The notes beneath the pieces were generated by a model that worked only from the letters and a program-made list of their open reading frames with translations, ran no database searches and was not told where the DNA came from. Source: Antedon mediterranea (Eukaryota > Animalia > Echinodermata). From it: DNA of 64,000 nucleotides. The stretch is from assembly GCF_964355755.1 (NCBI RefSeq), contig NC_092676.1, positions 26,864,871 to 26,928,870 on the forward strand, written 5' to 3'. This document shows positions 37,101 through 52,100 of this stretch, piece by piece. Every line of letters begins with the position of its first letter. Position 1 is the stretch's first letter. The position numbers and the translations under genes were made by a program.

Positions 37101-40100
37101 GCCTTAACTTATCCAAAAATACTGTATGTACTGTATCCATGTCATTGGGATCATTTCTCCATGTTGGTGATAGTTAATAGTTTATAAATAAAGTAATTAA
37201 TGGATATATACTGTATAAAAGTCAAATAATAAACAGAAATACCGTACCGTAGAAACATTATTTTCACATATACAATTATTCATTTCAGATACATCATAGC
37301 AAATAACATTTTAATCATGTTGAATGAAAATCTCATTAAATAAATATGATCGTTTGATTGAAGTGAAATGAACAGTTAATGTTTAGGTCTATTACACATG
37401 TAAATTGACTGTCAATTGACGCGTAGATGAGGACACATGACATTCCATTTCACTATCAGTAGTTCATATAATGTTTTCATAAGAAGGCGTACTACGGTAA
37501 ACAAATTCTGACAGAATAGATGAACTGAGAAATTCTTGACGTTTCCATCAAAATATGTCAACAATCTTGTTGCTTGGCAACAATTCAAACATGCATTCTT
37601 TTCAAAACAGAATCTTATGTAATAATTAAAACTGGGTGGAGGAAATTTGAACTGAATGACCCCGGCCACCTCTGGTCAGCGCAACATCCATTTTAACATT
37701 TAACATTAATTAACATTTATTCATTTAGTATCCATGTTATTACATGCATGTTAGTACAGTATAGTAAGTGAAATAAAAGTAGTTTTACTCAGCAATTTAA
37801 AAAACAATTAGGCACAGTTTTGTTTTTCTTTTAGGACAATAACGAAACCAATGAAATTTGAATTTATAAATATTAATTAATCATTTAATGTAATTTCAAG
37901 ATTTCTTATGAAAAAAATAATAGTAAAATTTAATAATAACATGAAGGTACAGTAATACAAAGCAAAATATAGAGAGCACGGCAACAGTTGTACGAGTTTG
38001 GTTTTCAGGGATTCTGTTTTCGAGATACTGTATAAAGGGGTTGGCTGTATTTGTTTGTTTGTTTATTAGTTTCTCCACACATTTTAAAATAAAAGATAAA
38101 AATTACAAATTGCAAATAAGAAAATTACAATAAACAAAAAAAACATCAAAAATGTGCGGATGGAGGTCAAAATAAGTTGCGGACAACTTTAAGTCGTGAC
38201 CACCAGTATTACTGTACAGTAGGAAATGTTCTCATACTAGAGGTGCCCACTGAATAGAGGTGTTCCAGTGGAGTGGTTCTATTAGCATAGCGGATTAATT
38301 TTTCTTTACTGTATGTGCCCACAGCGTGACTACCTTTAAACAATTTTCAATTATAAAAGGGTACTAAATACTGAATACTGAAATGCTTTATTTGTCCATC
38401 ATCATCATAAAATATCAACAGAAATTCTTCTTGAAGATTGACAATTATTAGTACAAAAATAAATAGATATACAATATAATATATTTTGTACACACACATA
38501 ATTGCACAAAAAATATAAGTTATGAAACACGGTGTAAAAATGACTAGGTATTAAAATTGAATAGGATGGTTTTTTAAAAGTGTAATAATGGAGAAGTGAT
38601 AACAATTTGTCAAACTGTACACTAACTTCAACTATTACTATTAGAACACAACATTTAAAGACACTTCCTTTTATAGCTTTACTTTTCTGCTGGTCATTCA
38701 CTTAACCTTTCTAAATGGATGACCTAAGCAAGTCAAAATAGAATCTAAATGTAGTTAATAGGCATAAGCTAGATTTGTATGCCGTAGTTTATTGCTTTTA
38801 CTGATGTTGTAAGTATCTGAATTACTTAATGCCAAATATTAGGCTAAAAATCACATTCAAATATGAAATATATTATGAATCTGTCCTAAGTTTTAACACA
38901 TTTGTATTTTGGATTTAGGAATATTATTGTTTCAATTATTTAACCAAATAACTTCAACATAATTTTGTTTAATTTTTTTAACATACAGTAATACGGGTAA
39001 TACACGACAACCTGCGCAAACTTCTCGCAAACACAAAATTGTCTCTTTTTTATCCTGAAGCTTACATTGGTTTTTATTTAGTATCAAGTCATCAATCATG
39101 GACAGCTCTGTAAATCCTACAAGATGTATAATTCTACCAAGATTTTAAATCCATGTTCTACGGTTTAAAGCATAGTGTTTTTTCTCTCTGAAAGCTGTAA
39201 AATAATTACTGTACCATCTCTGATATTAAATTTGAAAAGATAATCTCAGTAGAAGTTGAATTGAATGAATCATCAAAACATACTGATGAACTAAATACTG
39301 TTAACATTAATATCAAACTATTTCAAGTCTGGCTCTGGCACTATGGTGCATGATTCAGTAGCCTTTATGTTGGTTTGATGGGGTTTTCTATGTTGTTTTT
39401 TCTTAGAGGTTTTCGATGTTTAGCAATACTCGCAAAATGATGGTTTATCCTTTTTTTCCCATCTGAATGTACGCAATATTTTTTATCTGTGATTAATCAG
39501 CTATAAAAATGTCACCTTCAAATGGTGTTCATTTCACAAAACAGAAACAGTTAAACGATGTAACCCAATAATTAGCACTGATTGCAGACCACGTTGAACG
39601 ATGTTGAAAGAGTTGGTTTCCTTTGCTTAATTAGATTTAACGTGGGGGTTTGACCACTTCCTACCTGGATCTGATCCGAGGCTGGCATACTTACGGAATT
39701 GGAAGGTCGTTTATTATCATCAGTTTTAGGATTATATTTAATAATTTTAATAATATTGTAGACTTACAGTACAACTGTACAGTAGGACTTCACTCCATCC
39801 CCTTTTTAATAATTCAAAATCTCTACTAAAACTCACATATTTCAATAGTTATTCTTTTCATGTTGCGCTGTGAGACTCCGGTGAAGAGCCCTTTATACTG
39901 TAAAAGATATTATTAAATTGTTATCTGCCAAAACTTCATATAGGAATACTGTACATCAACACACATGCTTTTTTGTTCATACATTTAGCATCAGTAGGAC
40001 AGTTACTGTACTAGGTCATCCTATATTTATCCAATTTTTAGTGTCAGAAATATACCCATGTTTTTATGGCAAATAAAAATCATCAAAAACCTTCCTCTGT

Positions 40101-43100
40101 CTGCAACCATGTGATGTTATATTTTGATTCAAATATTGATGTATGTTGTTTTATTACTTTTGATTGATAGAATTCATTTTTTTAAAAGGAATTAGCATAA
40201 CATTTTATGTTTAAATATAGACACTAATTAGCCTTGTTTTATAGCATGCGTTACTAAAAATAAATATTTAAAATATGTAGTATATGTCATACATAATAAA
40301 AACATCAGTTAGTACATTTTGAATGTAGCATTCGTTGTCTGATGTCTGCTAACTTTGATAGCAATACTGGTTACATTTAATCACAGTTTCAATGTGAAAG
40401 CAGTCATATGTCATTACACTACAGTAATACCAATTTTGTTATTTTCCTTATTAATTTCTTGTTTAGTCATGTACAATGTGATAATGCATTGCTTGATATT
40501 GTTTTGCGACACCTTCTTAATTTATTCCAGGTGTCATAAGTAAATTAACATATTTCATATTATATACATTAAGTCTTTAGTCCATGAACTACGATGTTTT
40601 CTAATGTATTCCAGGCCAACCAATTTAAAGTCACTACTGTACACTAATTTTCAATTACAGGTATTGCTGCAATGAGTCTATTGTTTTACAAGGGCTGATA
40701 ATGTATATTGTACAGATATTAACTATGTACTATTGAACTTAAACAATTTTGTATACTTACCGTATAAATACATTTCTTGTTTGGAACATATATATTTTTG
40801 TTAAACTTAAAGTAAATAGCAGTTACAGTATAAAAAACTGAATTTCTACTGATTTGATATTTTTGAATAAATCAATAAATTACTTTGTTTTGTAGAGCGG
40901 TTGTAATAACATTGTTACGTTATGAAGCTGCGCCGAACATCGGAGATGCCAAAGGAAGTAGGCCGCTACACTTAGCATCTTGGAATGGCCATTTGGAAAT
41001 AGTTCGTCTTCTGATATCCAGAGGAGATAAAGCCACAGTTAATATGCAGGTAATTAAATGGTTTTGTTTTTTATTAAAAAGTTTAAAATATAAGTACTGT
41101 ACACATTTAGCAGATTACATAAATTTTACACAAAAAAAGAATTGGGAGTCCATAAAATATCTTAAAAAAGTAACCAGAAACAAATACAGTAGAAGAGGAC
41201 ACAAAAGAACCATTTTTAAAGCTCCTTTCACCAGCACTTTGACGTTCCCAAATGAGAGCTCCTCACAACAGAAGTTAAAATGGTGTCTGAATATTCTACC
41301 ATTGTTTATTAATACGCTTGAAAGGTATAAAAATAAAACTCCATATTGTACTGTGGAATGCAATGCAGTTGTAAAATAAACAGTGATTATTAAACAGTAT
41401 AGTATTAAATTATCACTTCACTTGTCACTTGCCTTTGCGTATGATCACTCATGCGTAGAATAATTATATATCGGGGATTACAGTAGTCGCAAAGGGATTT
41501 AACTGGTTATTTTTGACATTTAATATTATTTTATAACTTTATACAGTGATGATTATGGTTGAAGACACAATTTTAATATTTTCACCATATTATAATGTGT
41601 GTGTTCTCAGGAACACGAGTCATATGGCCGAGCGGTTAAGGCAGGGGCGCCGTTTATCGTACCTAAAGAGCCAACAACAACATCGGCAAGGGTTCGAGGC
41701 CGACTCGCTCCTAGTTCTGGTGGTGAAACAAGTCTTCTCGGATAAGGACTATAAACCGTAGGTCCAGTGTACACAGTTATAACCTGTGTGTACTTTAAAG
41801 AACCCAGTTCATTATTCGAAAAAGAGTAGGGGGTTACCCCGGTGAACTGGTTCACACAATAGCCTCTGTATCAGGGGGATTACCACCTATCTGATAGGAC
41901 AGTGATTAATTCACTATTGGTAATCCTTGGCCACAGTGCCTAAAGACATAAAATAAAAAAAATAAATAAAACTTTGTGCCCATATTCCATTTTTTAGTTC
42001 CTATTCACCTTTCATAAAGGTATTAAAAAAGTAGATCCTAAACACTTCAGGTATTATAATCAAATTATTGTAGTATAACTATCAATAATGTCTATTTCGT
42101 GCCTAGCTTACTTGGATAAACTGGAGAAGTGCCATATTCTCCTTGAAGAGTGAGATATACTTGAAAAGTAAACAATTTATTGAACGTCCCTCTCTATAAA
42201 TGGTATAGTCCACATACCACGTCCTCAAGTGGGAACATCCTCACAAACCACTATCGTCATTTATTTTCGAGACATGTACACTGTAACTTACAAGTTAAAA
42301 TGTTAACAGTGGTAGAGTGATTGTACAGAATTTAAGGAGTTCCGTAAATTTCATTTTTGGATGCTTGTGATATAACTGAGTGCTGCAGTAAATAGACTCT
42401 AAAAGCAATTTATTCCATCTAATTTTCTTCAATTCATTCACATCTACTTTGCCTTGACGTTATTTGTCTGTTAACTTCCTGAGTAAAACGTAATAGATCG
42501 TTTGAATGTGTACACATTCGTCCTTGACTACAATGCTGTATGTTATGCATTAATGCTCTCTGTTCAAACAATACGTTTTTTACACCTGTTTTTAGCTCTT
42601 TGTGTAGAATGAGGACAAGTTGGATGTGCTATATAACATGAAATTGAGGGTGGAGTAAAAGTAGTCATTTTAATAATCGATACAAAGATACTGTAAATAA
42701 TAAGTAATTGAAATTTGTATGTTTAATAGCGAAAAGAATTGAAAAGCATTGAAAGCGAAATAGTTTCCCGCAACAAAGATTACAACATGAATATATTTGA
42801 TATGAAATTTGAAGGTGGAGTCAAAAGTTGTTTTAATTTTGTTTGATTTCTGTAAGATTGTGTAGGAAATAAAAATTCTGTGATTTAGGCTTTTATAAGA
42901 TGTTTATAATTGGATCACATCTTTTTTTCCCACTGTGTTGCTTGTTACTTTTATGGCATAAATATAATTGGAAATTCCCTATTGTAAAAGGTTACAGTGT
43001 TATAGCTTACAGAATAAATTACTTGACTGTTGCCAAGCAATCAAAATAATCCCATGATTTCATCTACAATTGAATCAATCATTTTTATACAAATAAACAT

Positions 43101-46100
43101 TGTATATAGGCTATTATAGGTTTTTTTTCTGTCTTAATTTATTTTGCAAAATAATAAGTATGTGTCAATAAAATATATTGACTAATTGATTACAGGTACT
43201 GTAAGGCCATTTTATTTTCATGGTAATTCCAAAAATAGATTTGTGCAAAAAGGTGCTGGTAAAACCAACACATTATTTTACAGGACCCTGGATTACAGGT
43301 ACAGTATGTTCACCAACATTACTTTAGAGGACCCTGGATTACGTGCAAGATGCTGTGTATGCTACATACTGTGTTTTAGGTCTCCAGTTGCAATGTTTAT
43401 GCAATGTCATATAAATAAAATGATATAGTTACTATATAATTATTACAGGTCCCTCTATTATGAACACCTGTTATTTGAAATTATTAAAATAAGCATTATG
43501 AAGTATCACATAGCGTTTGTTAATTATCGTTTGGCATTTTCACTTTACAGTGTACATTATGTCAATACTTAATTGTGAGAGTACTGACATACTAAAATAG
43601 TAGTAAGATATTTCTGTACATACTTAATTGTGAGAGTAGTAAAATTCTTAGAGATATTTCTATGCATACCAGTAGGTTTCACAGATCCTGTCATCATCAT
43701 CATATAACATCTGATGAATTCATTTTATGTTATAGTCTATTTTTATAGTGATGTAGCCATAAGAAATAAAGTGGTGTGGTTTTCGTAAGAAAGGGGAACA
43801 ATCTCTGTTCAAGCCACTGAGTTGTCAAGGCCTCTGTGAAGAAGTGGTCAGGTTAAAACTTAATACCAACTGTACTGGTCGTTTCGGTCCTGTCTTACAG
43901 TATGTCTACAGTAGTACATACAGTTGGCCTCATTTCTCTCAGGAGAAGAGAAATACTGTACTATATAGATAGAAATTATTAGCTGTATTAACTTATATAC
44001 ATCACTTTTTGTACTTTTCTAATGGTATTATTTTCTGGAAGGTTTTACGACAATAGTTTGTTTATGAATGGACAGACAACCTGTAGTTAAAAATTCAGGT
44101 TATGTACTCCGTTTAGTTGCATTATGAACCAAAAAATGGTACCACCAAATATACTTACCCATACAGCTCAGGACAAATCCAGTTTCCTTCTTCTTTGTCA
44201 AATTCAAGTTAAAATGGTTTGAACTTTACAATTATTTTCTCAATGGAGACATGAATTTTTGCTGTTATTTCCATTTGACGCTTACAGTATATACCGCTTT
44301 TAAATGCCAAATTTGTTATTGTATTTTTGTGTTAAAAATTATGAATTCATTAATTTTGTATGCACGCATAATTTGCAGTGTACATTATAAATGTAGATTC
44401 TTTTATTTGGATAAGAACCATGCACTGTACTCTGTATATCAATATATATTTTTTTACAATAAATTTTTATGTAAACAATATGATAAATTCTAAAGCTCTG
44501 TCTACACTACTGTATCAAACTAGTTTGACAAAAAAAGTGTGATATGCCTAAATATGGTAGTGATATGACATATATATATATTTTTTTTTGCATAAAGTTT
44601 GATAGTATAGACAGAGCTTTACCAGAGAAGTAAATTAGTTTGTCAAATCAAAATTGTTTACTCACGATTTGACAAACTAGTTTACTTCTCTAGATTTCAA
44701 ACAAACCTGATGAATCTATTCTCTGATGTTAGAGCTTTACCGAATATTCACATACAGTAGAGTTCAATAGACTGTACTGTACATTTTTATAACATCACAC
44801 GATAGCCCCAAGTTAAAATGTAACGGTTTCTATAAATCATCTTGAACATTTTCTCGTATTTGACTTTCCTACAGGTATTAATTCCGTGTTTGCTCTCTGA
44901 GATTATCATCATTTTTTCTCGGAGCTTTATATTCCTAATATGCATGAGTCATAAGAGGATAGTTTCTAAAGGTAACAGTTTTTTTTAGACAAAAGCATCT
45001 AAATCGGTTTCTTCTGCATATTATTAAATAATGAATCGGTGTCATACTATAGATCTACTGTATCTTCTTTGAACTTTACTACAATTTAATCTCCTGAGAT
45101 AATACAAACTTCAATGTCCTGTGATACTCTTGTATATCAATAATAATTATCTTTAATCATGTCTACCTTGCATCAGTTATTTTTATATTTTGTTCATTGC
45201 GCATTCAAAATTGCAACCAGTAAGAAATTATAATTTTCGTTTTTATGTGTCTACAAAAAATGTAGCTAAACATATTTTTTAAAAGGAAATGATATGTGTA
45301 CAGTAAGTTACTTTACTTTACTGTATTGGCCATCAGGCCATTCATAGTGGTGATAACAATAAATAATTTTATATCTTATCCTGGAGGTAATTTTTTACCT
45401 TTAATGGTCCTAGGGCCTGTTTCTGCTGCATAAAAAATAACCGGTTAAAATCGGTGTGAATAAATTAACTCCATTTTCTTGGCAGCAGAAACAGGACAAA
45501 TTTGTGGTAACCGGTTAAAAGGCAGCGCAAAATAACCGGTTAAAAACACCAATCGGTGTTAGAACGCCGTTTAACCGGTTATCGCTGAGCAATTCTTAGC
45601 TGCAACACGAAATAACGGTTATTTGATTGACAGTTGTGACCCCGGGTCAGATAGCGTCGCATACGATGTGTGTTTTCCTCGTGGTTTTGACAGTCGAACG
45701 AAGAAGTGAACATGTATGTGGATGATTGAAATCACAAGATATGTTATTCAGTTGTGGGGGGAGAGAAAAAGTACGGGGAAGGATGGCAGGCAATAGAAAA
45801 GAATCACAGATAATAAATAAGAGCATTTTTGCGAAAGTAAAAGAGGTATTTGGGGTGGAGTTCCGGGGACTACCCAAGCTAAGCAATTTGAGGCGTTAGT
45901 ACACGCTCGCGAAGGGTATGGATGGTCCTATATTAACACCAAAACGGAAACAAAAGGGACTCAGAATGTTGCAAATACCTACCAAACGATAGTAGATAAT
46001 GGTTAATTAATTATGAAAACCCAAATTTTATAGCAAAAATCATCCGAATTTATGTTATAAACGATGAATTTAGCAACAAAAACTTAATCCAAACGAGCGT

Positions 46101-49100
46101 ATTTATGGCACGCCCTTAGTGCCTTTAATAGGAGAACAATGAACAATCTTAATTTGATCGTTTTGATATAATTTTTTTAGAAAAACATCACATCGATCGA
46201 AAACAAAGGTTATGAGAGCCTTTGATAATATATTAAATATGATTTTATTAAGCATAGAAATGTGTTATTATTTATGTTAGTACATAAATATACGAAACAA
46301 TGTTTAATACTCATTATTCTATTAAAGGCACTATGTGCGTGCGATATTCTATGACTTGGATACTCTCGTTTGATTTAAGTTTTTGTGGCTAAACTCGTCG
46401 TTTTTAACATAAATTCGGACGATTTTTGCTATAAAAGTTAGGGTTTCATAATTAATTAACAATTATCTACTCTCGTTTGGTAGGTATTGCAACATTCTAA
46501 GTCTCGTTTTTGTTTCCGTTTGGTTTTTTGTAGGAGGACCGCGCTCGCGAAAGACAACAGACGTATCATCATCGCCTTTGTTGAGGAATTTTAGGCTAGA
46601 TAAAAATTATCCTAGGCGATCGGGCGCTGCACGACCCTCCCCATGTTATTGAAGGCGCCATGAGAATTAATTTTATTAGCGATCAGTAAGTAGGCTTTAC
46701 AAAAAACAAAACTTGTAGACAACATTTTATTATTTTAACATGTTTGAGATGTTCGGCGATATACACACGTGTGTACTGACGACGTCGATGTAAACAAACA
46801 GCCAACTTACTACTTCCGTCTGAGTGTATTGCATTTTGGGTAATGATGACGTTTTGCTCGACGACCACCCATAGATTTAACCGGTTATTTCGGAGCACAA
46901 ATTTAGCTGAAACGCGGTCTTGTTATTGTTATCTATTTTTAATCTATTTTAAAATAACCGGTTAAATTGCGTTATGCAGCAGAAACAGACCCCTACAGTA
47001 CTAACTGGGGGATTACCACCTATCTGATGGTAGGACAGTGATTAATTTACTATTGGTAATCCTTGAAATTGACCACATTGACTATAAGACATAATAAATA
47101 AATAAAATGCAAATGTACCAAATAATTCTTTAACCTTCCTTCCTCTGCCACCCCCAGAATTGCCCACTTTTTATTTCCTAATTTGTTCTTCAGTGGTAAA
47201 ATGCTTGATTTTTACCTTTTTGACGTGATGTTAGCAAAGTGAAGAATATCGTAAAAAATATACCATATAAGTACGGTACAACTGTGAATTGCACCATTCT
47301 GGCTGCAGGACTCTAAACTGTGCAAGCCTCCAAATTAGTAGTAACTCTTTGAAATACAATTATCACAATGCCTCGTGGAAACTAATTAATATTTAATTTT
47401 TCCAAAGCCGAAACAAAGATGGGCAATAATCCTAAGTAATCCAATGCCATTAACTAATGGTCCTAGTTGCTAAGCAATAACAGTTCTTGCAACGGCACTC
47501 AAACAAAGGCTGATGGAAAACGTGCGCTGAATTGACAAATAAAAGAATTTATGGAAGATATGTACAATGAAAAATCACACCTCAATATCCTTGATACCCA
47601 CAAAGCATTCTTTGACTGTTTAATTGTTCAACAAAGATAGAATTAACAATTGATTAAAAGAGAAACATTTTCATAAAGAAGCATACTGTACAGAAAAAAT
47701 TATTTTGAACTTTTCAACTAACATTTGATAATGAGACATTGTTAAACAAACAAATACAGATTGTCTTTAAAAAAAACAATTCAAGGTTTTTAATATTTTA
47801 AAACATCATACGATGTCTGGGTTAAAATTATTAAAAGATAGGTTATCTACAGTAAAAAAAAAAGGAAAATATTATTACCAATACATATAAGTTTTCATGT
47901 AAAAAGAATATAATATAATCTACTTAAGTATTCAAGTTAGACTTAAGTATTCAAGTTAGACTTAAGTATTCAAGTTAGACTTAAGTATTCAAGTTAGACT
48001 ATTTAACATTTTAAACATTATACGATTGCCTGAATTAAAATTGTTAAATACTGTACAATACTGTATGTCTTTAAAAAAAACCCATTTTTATTTTATGCTT
48101 TTAAATTAAATATGGATTTTAATATTACAGTATTAAACTGTTTAACAGTGTATAAGCAATCTTGAGTCTATTTTTAAAAGGGTCAGTATGTGGTTCCTCA
48201 GTTTCTTGCGTAATTCCTGAACTTATGCGGTAAACAGAGAATAATGAAAGTGCTGTAGCATTACAGTGGATGTGAGATAAGGGGTTGATCGTGCATTTCC
48301 TTGTTGAATGTTCCGGGGGAAGTATTAAAAAACTTCATGCTGTGTACGAAAAAGGGCGCTATTTATTTTAGCCTATATAGTACGCTTGCTAGAAATAAGT
48401 TCTACTTTTAGGGTAAACAAAATTTAAAATACTGCATTTTAAAAAAAAAATTGGTTAAAATTAAACTTTTTCTAATAATTTTTTTCGTTTAAACTAATGA
48501 TCTGGTTCCTGTTTTTATTTTTAAACGAGCATAATTTTAATTAAGTAGAAGGTTTTACTAATTAAGAATTGATTGTTTAATATTTCATTAATGAAACGAA
48601 ACTCAAACCGCTCAATGGGGACATGTTGTCCTTTGATAGGGTTAAACAAACATCCTCAGTCCCGTTCATGTTTACCATTCATAGATCGTTCATAATCATG
48701 ATATACTCATGCTGCTTAGTTTTTGTCAAGTGCTTTTAATGATTCTTTTAGTCAGTAAGTGATCATTTTACTCTCACTTCCGCATAATTAATATACAGTT
48801 TCTATGGCGATTCATTTAATTAATACAGTAACTACTTCCATCATTTGAGTAACACATTGTTTCTATGACAACAGAATGTAATAATCACAATTATGATGTT
48901 TAAAGATGCATTGTCCCCCAAAAACATGAAAAATGAAGATTAATAAAATTATTTATTTATTTAATTTGGATTAAATCAGACTTTAAATAGGTCATTTTGA
49001 AGTTTTAATAAAGTTATTCACTTCACTTCAATTTAAATACTTTTTTTCAAATAAATCTTTTTTTTTCCCGATCCAGTTTTTGGCCACAGTAAATTACTAT

Positions 49101-52100
49101 TATGTGACATTAAAATGGCATATTAAAAAAAAAATTGAAAAAAAAAAATTGTAGGGGGACAATATATATAACGGTTTTTCAAAAACTTTTGAATATAAAA
49201 AACTTCCGTTACTTTAGAATTGTAGAAACATAGATTATTAGTTAGTAAGAGTAAGTCTATCGAATAGGATGTTACATATTATGAACACTAACGCCCGTAT
49301 TCTTAAACCGGACTTTAGTCGTAGTTCGAGCTAAAACTAAAAAAATGACGTCATTTTAATTCATAAACCAAACTTCAACTAAATCACCGACTAAATCAGG
49401 CCAACCTCGACTAAATCGAGACGGATTTTGATCGATTTTTTTAGTCCTGGAGGGGGCAGACTAAATGGTCGACTAAATGGTTTTTAAACGATGTTTATAA
49501 AAAACGTAATAGTCATTGAGTTGTTATATTGGCCAGATATTGAAGAATGAAATATCTATATTTATATTAGCTTAATTAAATATACATTGGTATAAATTAT
49601 AATAATGAAAACCATCTTTATTTACAACTGTATACAAATTACATTATTTTCTTCGCGCAAGTCCGACTTGAGCTCCGTCACGTCATAGCGACAATGGGAG
49701 ATGCGGCAATTCACCACGCGATGGAATGTTTAGGGGGCCTAGCGCTTTCTTGTCACGCTATGAAGTGCGTGGTTCGTGGCGATCATACTTTGTTGGGGGC
49801 CTAGAAAATATAAAAGTTACCGTACCGCCATGGTTCCTAAATATATTTTTAAGATTTTATTTGTTGTTAATCAAATATACTTCACTGTTAAATTAATACT
49901 GATATTGTTCTAATAATTAACGATTAAAATTATTTTTCATGTATATAGTCCTGATGCGTAAAAAGTGTTGTAAGAAATGGAAAGTGATATCAATGCGCAA
50001 AATTTCGTCTGCTCCTCAAATACTCTCTTGTCATTGGCCAATGTATAGCCTTTGTTACCCAGACGTGTGCAACTCGACTAAAAGCTCGACTTCATTAAGT
50101 CGAACTGCAAACTTCGACTACTTCGTTTTTGAATCGAATTTGAAGTAATAGCTCGAACTACGACTTTTCCAAGTCGAACTTCGAACTACGACTAAAGTCC
50201 GGTTTAAGAATACGGGCGTTAGCTTTCCTTCCACGGTTGAAGCATGGTCGTCTGGTAGATTATGCGGTTAACGTACTTGGTTGTACCCTTCAAACATTGT
50301 GTGCGATGTGATATTAAAAAATCTGGAAATATGTATGATACAGTATATAAATCTAAAGACAAATCACTGAAAATAAGGACAATGCTGTGGGTATCAGTGG
50401 CTGAATCTCAATATAATGTAGATACACAATAAAATTAGCAAAAAAGAAATCAAAACCGTAAACAGTCAGAAAAATTAGCAGAGCTTTCGGGCAACACTAG
50501 CCCTTCATCAGTGCAAGTGTACTGTTGATACAGTATATAATTAAGGATGTGTTCCTTAATATCAGGATATGACATTTTTTTTTTCAATTCTTCTTTTTTG
50601 GTTAAAATTGGTCGGCCGGATGCCCGGGGAAAGTATTGCCTGGACATCCTAGCTCTGTTGGGGTCAGAAAGACCATTATATATTATATAGTATGATCCTT
50701 AATCGTGTTCACCTCATGAAAATAATTGTACCATTGCACTCATAAACATAGCTTGTGGTTAACATGTTTGCCTTCCAATCCCAAGGTCCAGAGTTCAATC
50801 CTGACCTTGTGCAGAGTTGTAACTCACAACTCAACTGCCATAGCCTCAAATGAGACTTAGTTTTAAGCATGATAAATTATAAAATAGTTTATCCTGTAAT
50901 TGCTGAGTTACTTGCTGAGTTACTTGCTGTTGGGTGTGTTTGAAATATAAAAAAAATAGTGATTTATTATATCAGGTACAGGTACTATAACTTATGTTAA
51001 TATACAACAATATTATATTATATAACTGATTAAAAGCTGTCACTTAATATGGACAATATGTTCGTTAAGCAAACCCTCTAATGACCAATTAAGAAAAGTC
51101 TTTCCTCTTTAGAGGATATGAACTGTAAAGTAGGAGTGGTACCGGTAATTAATTAATTTAATTAATCTACCCAAGTGGGCATTAGTTAATTAATAAATGT
51201 CCCTTCAGATTTAATTTTTTTAGTATCTTTTATGTCAAAAGTGCTGACTTGTTTTTCCTTATTAATATACGTTGATTGTATCATTGTTGCTAGTAAATTT
51301 CTGTTCACAACTTTTTCATTAAATTACTGTAAGATGAAATAAACACCGTTAAGCTCAAAATACTGTAGTTTGACAAAAAAAAGTGTGATGTGCCCAAATA
51401 TGGTAGTGATTTGCTTAAATATGGTAGTGATATGCTTTAATATGGTAGTGATATGACATCATCATGTCCATATATGGATACTGTACACATTTTGTTGTCA
51501 CATAAAGTTTGATAGTGTAGACAAAGCTTTAGAATATGGACCATTTATGAAAGACACTGGGCCATTGTTGTGTGTTTTCCACAAAAAAGCAGACATTTTT
51601 AAAACTGAAATAACTACTGTAGAAACTAGGCTAGTAAGTAGTAGCCATTACAACAAATACAGAACTTATTTTGTTTAAAGATGTATTGTCCCTTTGACTA
51701 ATTCCAAAAAAATAAAAAATAAAAGATTTCGAAAAAAGGTGGGTCATTTTGAAGTATCATAATAGTTATTAACTATCACCAACAATTTTTTGAAAAAAAA
51801 TAAATTTAACTGAAATAAGACGTTTTTTTGTTTAAAAAATACCTTTGACTTCCAATCAAAGTTTTCAATCAAAACATATCCCATAATGAAACGCGCTTGT
51901 TTGGCTACTCTGTATGCATAATCATAAAACTTCCTCATGATCTGTGTGAAAATACCTTCTTAACTGTGACGAGTTGTAAACAATCCTAATTTATCATAAA
52001 TGCATAATGCGTACTCATGGTTTGAAATCTTTGTTTACTTTCGCTCGTGACGATTTTCCAGATGAAATGTAATCAAACTAATTTACCTGTTAATTACGTA

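Noticed and set aside
41615-41710. tRNA gene
   Set aside because: A and B boxes are present but there is no cloverleaf, and the sequence continues into a SINE body and tail.
42100-44250. Nested antisense gene in ANKS1 intron 3 (minus-strand GTAAG donors near 42105 and 44155)
   Set aside because: Frames are short, interrupted by stops, and unrecognisable.
27411-44714. Other CTGATGA words (e.g. about 27411, 39283, 43712, 44708) as hammerheads or C/D boxes
   Set aside because: None is followed by a stem II plus GAAA, or by a paired terminal stem.
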